DNA of 12,822 nt from Gemmatimonadota bacterium (GCA_038128265.1 JAYPJE010000056.1:11626-24447), one strand, 5' to 3'. Counted from the first letter of the stretch, positions 1-7,574 are shown. Translations and numbers: made by a program. The notes: generated by a model not told the origin, from the letters alone.

Positions 1-1
1 G

Positions 2-325
2 TATATGCGCAATGCAGACTGGCGCACAGCCGGCCAGATAGAGCAAACGATTCCCCAACACATCGTAGCCCATCCGCAGTGTAAAAGCGCCGTTTTTGAT
101 GCGCCGAACTTACTGGGAGATGCCCTCTTCTTTAATGCAATCTCCATGGGACTATGGCTAAACGAGCGCGGGCAAGAAGTCGTGGTATACGATAGGGCGT
201 CGCTACACCAGGATCACGCTCCCACTCCAACATGCTACTTTGTCTATCGCAGCGGGGGATTCGTCCGCGTGCCTGAGGCACAGCCACCGCGCTTTGTGCG
301 GGGACAGAACTGGGAGACTCATTAA
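2..325 (+). CDS. Hypothetical protein, probably the 3' part of a gene truncated by the window edge
   Basis: Frame is open from position 2 (TAT ATG CGC...) to TAA at 323-325 and converges on the next gene. No family motif recognised. Confidence 0.55.
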   Translation, partial: YMRNADWRTAGQIEQTIPQHIVAHPQCKSAVFDAPNLLGDALFFNAISMGLWLNERGQEVVVYDRASLHQDHAPTPTCYFVYRSGGFVRVPEAQPPRFVRGQNWETH

Positions 326-345
326 TTACCTACGCCGGTCGTCCG

Positions 346-389
346 ATAGCGCTCCTATCACAGATGGTCTCGACAATAGGGTGCGCTAT
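346..389. terminator. Imperfect inverted repeat between convergent genes
   Basis: ATAGCGCTCCTAT (346-358) pairs with ATAGGGTGCGCTAT (376-389) with a mismatch/bulge and a 17-nt loop. No clear U-tract. Confidence 0.3.
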
Positions 390-403
390 ACCCATTCCCA
401 TTT

Positions 404-1243
404 TCACTCTTGGCAAAACTGTTCCCAGTGCGCCTCGAGCGCTGGCGAATCTATCGCTCCAGAGAAAGCGACGATGCGATAGCGGCTGATCGACGACGCC
501 CCTGCTGCCAAATCCCAAGCCGCGGCGATACAGCGACTGGGCGAAATCCCCAGCTGGCCGTCCACGCGCCACGGCACCGGATGCTCGGCATTGCCAGAGT
601 GATCCATTATAGCGATACCCGCACCATCCCGTTCACCCTCAATCGGCATCCAAACGGCAGCCCAACGCGCGCGCTGCCCCTCGGCTTCGGGGAACGCTTG
701 GCCCGCGCTGGTAAGTACGCGCCCACCCACTTCCGAGCGATAGGGCATGCGCAGAAATAACCCGCCGTACTCATACTGGCCAAAGCGCAGATCCGTGCAG
801 GCCGTCAGCGTCCACGTCATATCCAGCACGTAGGCATCACCCCGCCGCATCAGCGACCATTGCTGCGCTTCGTCTAACACAGCATCCCCATCGGGTGCAC
901 TCCAGTGGCATTCAACACCCCATAGTACACAGTCATCGCTCTGCGTAGGCGGACCGAGTGGCCGACAGGCGAATCGTCCGTCGCACTCGCTGTTAGAGGC
1001 CAGTCCCTCCGTCCAAAAGCCCATGCCGTTTACGTCGTTGAGGCCAACGTAGAGACCGTGCTGCCAGGGATGGTGCCCCGGCGCGTTTTCCGTCAGCACC
1101 GCGCTGGCTTCCGGCGAGCGGAGCGGATGTATATAGGGCCGTCCATTTTCTGGCGCTTCCTGCACCAATACCGGTTGAATACCATCGGCCGTTTGAATCG
1201 CTATCCGCCGCGTTGCCCCTTCGCATATCCACGCTGGTTGCAT
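404..1243 (-). CDS. DUF6807 / Pfam 'PmoA family' (PF14100-like) protein; not a real methane monooxygenase subunit
   Basis: 279 aa with family-typical motifs RPYIHPL, HHPWQHGLY, YGGLFLR, IMDHxxNxxHPxPW. Strong SD AAGGAGG upstream of ATG at 1243. Confidence 0.8.
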   Translation of the reverse strand: MQPAWICEGATRRIAIQTADGIQPVLVQEAPENGRPYIHPLRSPEASAVLTENAPGHHPWQHGLYVGLNDVNGMGFWTEGLASNSECDGRFACRPLGPPTQSDDCVLWGVECHWSAPDGDAVLDEAQQWSLMRRGDAYVLDMTWTLTACTDLRFGQYEYGGLFLRMPYRSEVGGRVLTSAGQAFPEAEGQRARWAAVWMPIEGERDGAGIAIMDHSGNAEHPVPWRVDGQLGISPSRCIAAAWDLAAGASSISRYRIVAFSGAIDSPALEAHWEQFCQE

Positions 1244-1355
1244 ACAACCTCCTTTCCTATCGTGCTGCGATTATCGCGCCCCCGTTCGCTCGCGTCAAGC
1301 CGCATTGCTCCGCCGACTGCGTTACTTATATTGAGGGCCCACAGAAAGGACCTCT

Positions 1356-2120
1356 ATGTGCATCGTCGATACCCACTGCCACACGGGCGTTCATAAGTAT
1401 GAACCCGTTGAGTCCCTGCTCTACCATATGGAGACGTGCAGCGTCGACAAAGCCGTGCTTATCCAACACGCCGGCGAGACCGACAATAGCTACCACGTCG
1501 AATGCCTGCAGCGCTTTCCGGGGCGCTTTGCTTCGGCGATGATTGTCGCTCCCGATGACGACGGCCGAGCCATTCGCCGCTGGGCCGAGCAGGGCATTGT
1601 CGGCATTCGCCTGCCGGCCAGTTCGCGAGCGAACGGCAGCGATCCACTAGCGCACTGGCGCACAGCCGCCGAGTTGGATCTAGTGGTCAGCGCACCGTGC
1701 AATCCGCACGCGCTTTTGGGCGAGGAATTCTCCGAAGTGTTGGACCGGTTTCCCAACCTGAGGATCTCTATCGAACACCTGGGCGGCATTGGCCACGGCG
1801 CGCTGGATCCCTACGACGTATTCCGCCAGGTGCTGGCGCTGGCCGAGCGCGAGACGCTGACCATTAAGCTACCCGGATTTGGCGAATTTTGTTCGCTGCC
1901 CTATCCCTTTACCGAGGTGCCGCCACTGGCGGATATGGCGATCGAATCCTTTGGCCCACAGCGCGTCACGTGGGGCAGCGACTACCCGCCCGTTTCGTCG
2001 CGCGAGGGCTACGAGCACGCGCTGCGCGGCCCCCAACAGCACCTAGCAGCGCTGAGCGATGACGAGCGCGCTTGGATTTTTGGCAAGAGCGCCCTGCACC
2101 TGTGGGGACTAAACTCGTAG
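1356..2120 (+). CDS. Amidohydrolase family 2 protein (sugar lactonase-like, TIM barrel)
   Basis: N-terminal VDTHCH (DxHxH), AVLIQ, IEHLGG, C-terminal WGSDYP. SD AAAGGA before ATG. Confidence 0.88.
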   Translation: MCIVDTHCHTGVHKYEPVESLLYHMETCSVDKAVLIQHAGETDNSYHVECLQRFPGRFASAMIVAPDDDGRAIRRWAEQGIVGIRLPASSRANGSDPLAHWRTAAELDLVVSAPCNPHALLGEEFSEVLDRFPNLRISIEHLGGIGHGALDPYDVFRQVLALAERETLTIKLPGFGEFCSLPYPFTEVPPLADMAIESFGPQRVTWGSDYPPVSSREGYEHALRGPQQHLAALSDDERAWIFGKSALHLWGLNS

Positions 2121-2176
2121 GGCACGCACCGCAGCGCATTTGCAACCAGCCCATATCGTAGGTATGCTCAGAACAG

Positions 2177-2211
2177 AAAAATCCTCGGCGTCTATTTCGC
2201 CGAGGATTTTT
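2177..2211. terminator. Bidirectional intrinsic terminator
   Basis: AAAAATCCTCGGCG-tctattt-CGCCGAGGATTTTT is a perfect 14-bp inverted repeat with A/T tails. It lies between the convergent amidohydrolase and tRNA-Leu. Confidence 0.9.
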
Positions 2212-2215
2212 AACA

Positions 2216-2300
2216 TGGTGCCGAAGCGGGGACTCGAACCCCGACGCCCGAAGGCACTACCCCCTCAAGATAGCGTGTCTACCAGTTTCACCACTTCGGC
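2216..2300 (-). tRNA. tRNA-Leu(GAG)
   Basis: Reverse complement reads GCCGAAGTGGTGAAACTGGTAGACACGCTATCTT-GAG-GGGGTAGTGCCTTCGGGCGTCGGGGTTCGAGTCCCCGCTTCGGCACCA. It is 85 nt with a long variable arm and encoded CCA. Its position after secG matches the secG-leuU synteny. Confidence 0.97.
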
Positions 2301-2316
2301 ACGAAGCGATGGAATC

Positions 2317-2721
2317 TCACTCGGTCTGCGCGCCGCCGGCGTCGGCAGGAGCAGCCGCTTCACCTGCAGGCTCGGTCTCTGCCGGCTCCCCGAGCAGCGA
2401 GCCGCCCTCGATCGGTGCAGGTGCGATGGGCGGCAGCGCCCCTTCTTCAAGCATGCGTTCGGTCGCCGTCTTTGGGCCTTCCTGTCCACCTTGGAAAGCA
2501 ATCGACTGCACCAGACAGCTGACCATAAATACCGTAGCGAGCACCGTTGTCGCCTTGGTCAGAAACGTCGTCGCCGTCCGGCCTCCCAGCACGGAGGAAG
2601 AGGCCATGCCCCCTCCTATCGAGCCAGCCAAACCACCGCCCTTACCCGACTGCAGGAGCACGGCGCCGATAAGCAGCAAACAGACCCCAACGTGTACGAC
2701 CGTAAATAATATTTCTATCAT
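2317..2721 (-). CDS. secG: Preprotein translocase subunit SecG
   Basis: Two TM segments, VLLQSGKGGGLAGSIGGG, FLTKATTVLA, and an acidic Pro/Ala-rich tail. Canonical tpiA-secG-tRNA-Leu order. Confidence 0.96.
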   Translation of the reverse strand: MIEILFTVVHVGVCLLLIGAVLLQSGKGGGLAGSIGGGMASSSVLGGRTATTFLTKATTVLATVFMVSCLVQSIAFQGGQEGPKTATERMLEEGALPPIAPAPIEGGSLLGEPAETEPAGEAAAPADAGGAQTE

Positions 2722-2730
2722 GGTATTCTA

Positions 2731-3489
2731 TCACTTTGCCGCTTTGACGATGGCTGCGAAACTATCGGCCTGCAGGGCCGCCCCGCCAATAAGACCACCG
2801 TCTATATTGTCCTGTGAAAAGAGCTCTTCGGCGTTGTCGGGCTTGACGCTGCCTCCGTATTGGATGCGCATCATGCCGGCCGCTTGATCGCCAAAGCGCT
2901 CTACTAAAAAGAGGCGAATCAACGCGTGCACTTCTTCTGCCTGCTCCGCCGTTGCCGTCTTACCCGTGCCAATAGCCCACACTGGCTCATAGGCCAGCAC
3001 GATGCCCGGTGCCTGTTCGGCGTCGATCTCTTGCAGCGCGGCACGCACCTGACCGATAACGACCTCTTCGACCTGACCCGCTTCGCGCTGTTCCAAGTGC
3101 TCGCCAATGCATACGATGGGCGTCAAACCCGCAGCGAGTGCGGCAAGCGTCTTGCGGTTGACTATCTCATCGGATTCGAATGCGTACTGGCGGCGCTCAG
3201 AGTGTCCTAAAATAACGTATGTGCACCCACTGGTCAATATCATCGGGGCCGAGATATCGCCGGTGAATGCGCCCTCTCCCTCCCAATGCATATTCTGCGC
3301 CCCCAGGCCAATTCCGCTGCCCTGCACGACGCCCTGTACGGCGCTCAGACTCGTAAACGTAGGGCACAACACGACGTCGCATGCTGCGCTTGCATCGGTT
3401 ACCAACGGCACGATTTCCCGCGCCAGCGCAGCGGCCTCATCCGCCGTCTTATGCATCTTCCAATTACCGGCGACAATAGGTCTGCGCAT
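2731..3489 (-). CDS. tpiA: Triosephosphate isomerase
   Basis: AGNWKM, GHSERR, AYEPVWAIGTG, YGGSV, GGLIGGA. True start is taken as ATG at 3489 (MRRPIV), overlapping the pgk stop (TAATG) and preceded by AAGGAG. The track start at 3549 lies inside pgk. Confidence 0.98.
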   Translation of the reverse strand: MRRPIVAGNWKMHKTADEAAALAREIVPLVTDASAACDVVLCPTFTSLSAVQGVVQGSGIGLGAQNMHWEGEGAFTGDISAPMILTSGCTYVILGHSERRQYAFESDEIVNRKTLAALAAGLTPIVCIGEHLEQREAGQVEEVVIGQVRAALQEIDAEQAPGIVLAYEPVWAIGTGKTATAEQAEEVHALIRLFLVERFGDQAAGMMRIQYGGSVKPDNAEELFSQDNIDGGLIGGAALQADSFAAIVKAAK

Positions 3490-4694
3490 TAATCGATCTC
3501 CTTTTCCGAAAGCGCTGCAATGCCAGGCAGAACGCGGCCTCCCATGCATTCGAGCGAAGCGCCTCCCCCCGTAGAAATATGCGTCATCGCGTCGGCCAGC
3601 CCCATCTGCGTGATGGCCGCGGCCGTATCGCCGCCGCCAATAATGCTAATGGCGCCCCCCTTGGTTGCCTCTGCTAGGGCTCTCGCTACGGCGAGCGTGC
3701 CTTGGGCAAAGGGTTCCATTTCAAAAACGCCGAGCGGGCCGTTCCACACCACCGTTCCAGCCTGCGCCATGCGCGCGCTGTAGAGGGCGCGGGTTTCTGG
3801 GCCGATATCGACCCCTTCCCATCCCGCCGGCATCGCCTCGCGCGCTACGACCTGCGTCTGGGCATCAGCAGCAAAGCGATCGGCGACGACTACATCCGTT
3901 GGCAGGAGCAGTTCGACGCCCTGCGCATTACAGCGTTGAATCAGCTGCTCGGCCACGCCGATGCGATCCGCTTCCAATAGCGAGGTGCCAATTTCCAGCC
4001 CCATCGCCTTGAAAAAAGTGTACGACATGCCACCGCCGACAACGAGTGCATCGACTTTGTCGAGCAGGTTGTCGATCACCTCTATTTTGCCGGATATCTT
4101 CGCCCCTCCCAAGATGGCAATAAAAGGACGGGCAGGAGCCTTTAGCGCCTCGTCCAGATAGGTAATCTCCCGCTCCATGAGCAAGCCGCTCACGGACTCT
4201 TCCACGTAGTGGGTAATACCCTCTGTCGACGCGTGGGCGCGGTGCGCGGCACCAAATGCGTCGTTCACGTAGATGTCGCCCAACGCAGCAAGCGCCCTGG
4301 CAAATTCAGGCTCGTTGGCCTCTTCCGCGGCCTTATAGCGCAGGTTTTCTAGCAGCAAAACGTGGCCGGGCTGCAGCTGCGCTGCTATCTGCTCGACGTC
4401 CGCACCAATGCAGTCGGGCGCCAGCGCGACCTCTGCGCCCAGCAGTTGGCCCAAGCGCACAGCCGCAGGAGCCAGCGACATTTCTGGCACAGCCTGTCCC
4501 TTAGGGCGCCCCAGGTGCGACATGAGGACCACCGAAGCCCCCGCGTCGCGCAGGTGCTCAATCGTCGGCAGAGCCGCGCGAATGCGCGTATCGTCGGTAA
4601 TCTGCTGTCGTTCGTCGAGGGGCACGTTAAAATCGACGCGCACCAGCACGCGCTTGCCAGCTACGTCGATATCACCCAGCGTCTTCTTAGCCAT
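3489..4694 (-). CDS. pgk: Phosphoglycerate kinase
   Basis: RVDFNVP, SHLGRP, LLENLR, NDAFGAAHRAHAS, GGAKISGK, WNGPLGVFE, STGGGASLE. Confidence 0.98.
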   Translation of the reverse strand: MAKKTLGDIDVAGKRVLVRVDFNVPLDERQQITDDTRIRAALPTIEHLRDAGASVVLMSHLGRPKGQAVPEMSLAPAAVRLGQLLGAEVALAPDCIGADVEQIAAQLQPGHVLLLENLRYKAAEEANEPEFARALAALGDIYVNDAFGAAHRAHASTEGITHYVEESVSGLLMEREITYLDEALKAPARPFIAILGGAKISGKIEVIDNLLDKVDALVVGGGMSYTFFKAMGLEIGTSLLEADRIGVAEQLIQRCNAQGVELLLPTDVVVADRFAADAQTQVVAREAMPAGWEGVDIGPETRALYSARMAQAGTVVWNGPLGVFEMEPFAQGTLAVARALAEATKGGAISIIGGGDTAAAITQMGLADAMTHISTGGGASLECMGGRVLPGIAALSEKEID

Positions 4695-4700
4695 ACCCGA

Positions 4701-5750
4701 CTATCCGAAAAACACGCGCGCTAGGTCGTAAAACTCTTGGTTCACCACCTTGAGCGTATCCACCGCATCCGAGAGCGGGACCGACACAATCTCGTTGCCC
4801 TGTAGGCTCACCATATTGCCGTAATTGCCCGCATTAACCAAATCGATGGCGGCAATGCCAAAGCGCGTGCCCAGCACCCGGTCAAACGCCGTCGGTGTAC
4901 CGCCGCGCTGCAGGTGGCCCAGCACCGTGACGCGCGTCTCAAACCCCGTGCGCTGTTCAACCTCATTGCATATGACCTGGCCAATGCCCCCGAGTTTGAC
5001 GTGTCCGAACTCGTCGAGCCCGGCCTCTTGTACGACGAACTCGTCGTCCTTTTCTTCCGCTTGCAGCATAACCCCTTCAGCTACGACGACAATAGAAAAG
5101 TCTTTGCCGCGATTATGGCGCTTTTCAATCGTCTGAACGATCTCGTTAATCGTGTACTTCTGCTCGGGGATGAGAATCATATCGGCGCCGCCAGCCAACC
5201 CTGCGTGTAAAGCGATCCAGCCGCTGTGGCGCCCCATCACTTCGATGACCATGACGCGGTTGTGCGATTCAGCCGTGGTGTGGATGCGATCAATCGCTTC
5301 GGTAACGATGTTAATCGCGGTATCAAAACCAAAGGTGTAGTCGGTTCCGCTGAGGTCGTTGTCGATTGTCTTGGGCACACCGACGACCGGCACATCGAGT
5401 TCGTTCAGTTTGCGCGCCACGCCGAGCGTGTCTTCGCCGCCAATCGCAATCAGCGCATCAAGCTTCATTCGGCGCATATTCTCGACGACGATATCGCCGC
5501 CATCGGATTCTTTAAACGGATTGGTACGCGACGTGCCGAGAATCGTTCCTCCCTTGGGAAGGATACCCGAAATCTCATCCAAGCCGAGGGGCTCCCAGTC
5601 GCATTCCATCATGCCCTTCCAGCCCTTCTGGATGCCCTTGAAGCGATAGTTATACTGGGTGATTCCCTTGCGCACCGCCGCGCGTATAACGGCATTGAGC
5701 CCGGGACAATCACCGCCGCCTGTAAGTATGCCGACCGTCTTCTCGGCCAT
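4701..5750 (-). CDS. pfkA: 6-phosphofructokinase, short group III type, probably PPi-dependent
   Basis: ILTGGGDCPGLN, GGTILGTSR, GGEDT, PKTIDND, EVMGR, LGHLQRGG. Start taken as ATG at 5750 (MAEKTVG) after SD GAGGAG, giving 349 aa. Confidence 0.95.
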   Translation of the reverse strand: MAEKTVGILTGGGDCPGLNAVIRAAVRKGITQYNYRFKGIQKGWKGMMECDWEPLGLDEISGILPKGGTILGTSRTNPFKESDGGDIVVENMRRMKLDALIAIGGEDTLGVARKLNELDVPVVGVPKTIDNDLSGTDYTFGFDTAINIVTEAIDRIHTTAESHNRVMVIEVMGRHSGWIALHAGLAGGADMILIPEQKYTINEIVQTIEKRHNRGKDFSIVVVAEGVMLQAEEKDDEFVVQEAGLDEFGHVKLGGIGQVICNEVEQRTGFETRVTVLGHLQRGGTPTAFDRVLGTRFGIAAIDLVNAGNYGNMVSLQGNEIVSVPLSDAVDTLKVVNQEFYDLARVFFG

Positions 5751-5814
5751 GCCCAACAACTCCTCTTTTTGCGTCCTGCGAGACGGCGTGCCGCCCAATC
5801 AGCAGGATCATCGT

Positions 5815-5868
5815 ATTTCAATAATTATAAGAAACTGTAAAAAATAATTATATATTCGCTCAGGTCAA
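5815..5868 (-). promoter_or_regulatory. AT-rich promoter region of the pfk-pgk-tpiA-secG operon
   Basis: Sharp AT-rich patch in GC-rich DNA. The minus strand has TTGACC-N16-TATTTT and two TATAAT hexamers. Confidence 0.5.
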
Positions 5869-6545
5869 GAGACGTCCCTCTCAGCGTGTGCCAACACGAT
5901 AGGCACGAGTTGGCCGATACCGGGGGGCAGTGCCTCTATACACGATGCCATGGTAGCACCCGTCGTCAGCACATCGTCGACCAGTCCCCACTTGTTGCCG
6001 GGCGGCGCAGCGCGCCAGACAAAGGCCGCACGCATATTGGCACGGCGTTTCTCAGCCGGCAAATGGGCCTGCTGCCGCGTCTGCCGCGTCCGCTTTACCC
6101 AACCGTGCAGCACGGGTATGCCCAACCCCTCAGCCAGCCCCTGGGCAATATCTGCGCTCTGGTTGTATCCGCGCTCGCGCTGCCTGGCCGCGTGCAAAGG
6201 GAGCGCAACCAACCCATCTAGACAGAGCGATTGATCGGTCAGAGCCCGAGCCATGCGATGGCCCAAAGCGCGTCCTAACCTGCGCTTGCCGCCAAACTTG
6301 AGCGCGTGAATCGCCTCGCGCAGCGGTCCTTCGAACGCCCCCCACGCCACGCTGCATGCCCAGCCCATATCCGATTGACCGCCAATGGTGGGCTCGTTGT
6401 CCTCAATAGCACACCAACACCTTTTGCACAACAGGCAGTGAGCCCAGTCGATCGACTGGAAGCAGCACAGACAGTGGGGCGGGTATAGCACATCTCCCCA
6501 CGCCGCCCACGCGCAACCAATTTTACCCAGTGCGTAACGAAACAT
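5865..6545 (-). CDS. comF: ComF family protein (zinc ribbon + PRTase fold)
   Basis: LYPPHCLCC...CKRC, AIHALKF, LPLH...RERGYNQS, LVDDVLTTGATM. ATG at 6545 follows GGGAGA; the alternative start is 6581. Confidence 0.92.
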   Translation of the reverse strand: MFRYALGKIGCAWAAWGDVLYPPHCLCCFQSIDWAHCLLCKRCWCAIEDNEPTIGGQSDMGWACSVAWGAFEGPLREAIHALKFGGKRRLGRALGHRMARALTDQSLCLDGLVALPLHAARQRERGYNQSADIAQGLAEGLGIPVLHGWVKRTRQTRQQAHLPAEKRRANMRAAFVWRAAPPGNKWGLVDDVLTTGATMASCIEALPPGIGQLVPIVLAHAERDVS

Positions 6546-6609
6546 CGCCAGTTTTCTCCCAGTATCGCTGCATATGCTCATTAGCGAGCAATCGGCGCGC
6601 CACCAAACG

Positions 6610-6643
6610 CAAAAACGCCGGCATATTTATGCCGGCGTTTTTG
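6610..6643. terminator. Intrinsic terminator (bidirectional-looking)
   Basis: CAAAAACGCCGGCAT-attt-ATGCCGGCGTTTTTG is a perfect 15-bp inverted repeat. It begins immediately after the TAA of the small ORF 6644-6808. Confidence 0.9.
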
Positions 6644-6808
6644 TTAAACAACTAGGTCCACAAGGGCTTCGCGGTCGCGGGGCTTGCGCTCCCTCTCCCT
6701 CTCGTCCCTCGGCTCTTTTGAGCGGTCTGGACGACGGCGCGGTCGGCCATAGGGGCGTGACAGCGCGTCGTTGACCTGCACCCATCCGGGTTCGATGCGT
6801 TGTATCAT
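6644..6808 (-). CDS. Small 54-aa charged hypothetical protein (not in ORF track)
   Basis: MIQRIEPGWVQVNDALSRPYGRPRRRPDRSKEPRDERERERKPRDREALVDLVV*. Near-perfect SD AAGGAGGT 5 nt before ATG, and a terminator abuts the stop codon. Confidence 0.72.
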   Translation of the reverse strand: MIQRIEPGWVQVNDALSRPYGRPRRRPDRSKEPRDERERERKPRDREALVDLVV

Positions 6809-6974
6809 GCGTCAACCTCCTTGTTCTCTTCGCCATCCCTGGCAAAGCGCATGAGTAGTACATCTTACCTCTTATATCGGCCTTCCTGACTTCCTAGTGC
6901 ACTTTTCATGCAAAAGAAATCGCGAACTAAGCGAGTCAGCGAAGTTTCAATAAATCCATAAGCTATTGTAAGTA

Positions 6975-7574
6975 TTATATTAATTCTACTTCTTCCATCG
7001 CAATATCCGCCGCCACCGCCTGCCCCAGAATACTCACGTTGAGCACTAGGCGCAGGTTGTCCTTGCGCTGCGAGATCATCCCCTCAGCCCCGGCGAGCGG
7101 TCCACGCACAACGCGCACCCACTTGCCTCGCTTTAACTGTGGGTAAAGCACCAGATCGGCGCTATTGGACAGCGCGGTGTGAATAGCCCGCACTTCCCGC
7201 AGAAAGCGCCCCTGGTCGACAATGTCGATGGTCCGCACCAAAAAGCCGCTGCGCAGCAGCGCCGATCGCTGCCCTCGGTCCATACAGGCAAAGAGATAGC
7301 CAGGGAAAAGCGGCACGTCGAAACTGTAGCGCCGCTGCCCCTTTTGGGGCTTTGATCGGCCTTTGCCCAGCGGCAAATAGTGGCGAATAGCGCGTTCTAC
7401 GCATTCGCCCGCGGCTTTTTTCTCGCAGCGCGGCCGCGCGTGCAGCACATACCACATGCTGTCTTCCTCACCCGGCCTTAAGACTTCTTCCATCGCCCTC
7501 TCGTTTGCATCCAACTCGTTCACACGGAACGGCAACCGGTTGACAATATCGTCCCTACCGCCGCTTTTGGCCAC
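6975..7574 (-). CDS. Specialised NusG paralog (RfaH/UpxY-like transcription antiterminator)
   Basis: NGN domain WYVLHARPRCEKK...HYLPL...PLFPGYLF and KOW domain GKWVRVVRGPLAGAEG. It lacks the secE/rplK context of housekeeping nusG. Start uncertain (GTG 7574, or ATG 7493 after GAGAGGG). Confidence 0.9.
   Translation of the reverse strand: MAKSGGRDDIVNRLPFRVNELDANERAMEEVLRPGEEDSMWYVLHARPRCEKKAAGECVERAIRHYLPLGKGRSKPQKGQRRYSFDVPLFPGYLFACMDRGQRSALLRSGFLVRTIDIVDQGRFLREVRAIHTALSNSADLVLYPQLKRGKWVRVVRGPLAGAEGMISQRKDNLRLVLNVSILGQAVAADIAMEEVELI

Noticed and set aside
404..1243. Methanotrophy implied by the 'PmoA' family label
   Set aside because: The protein is soluble-looking with no TM helices, and there is no pmoC/pmoB. 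The label is a misnomer.
18..1668. Exact 15-mer ACTGGCGCACAGCCG at 18-32 and 1654-1668
   Set aside because: Both copies lie in coding sequence (WRTA). There are only two copies and no flanking similarity, so coincidence is likely.
2140..2887. Plus-strand ORFs of 189 and 192 aa
   Set aside because: They are antisense shadows of tRNA-Leu, secG and tpiA in GC-rich DNA.
6627..6863. 78-aa track ORF, or a 6S-like ncRNA, upstream of comF
   Set aside because: The ORF runs into the terminator stem and has a weaker SD. The 54-aa frame 6644-6808 fits the SD and terminator far better. I could not fold a long 6S-like rod by eye; an Rfam scan would settle it.
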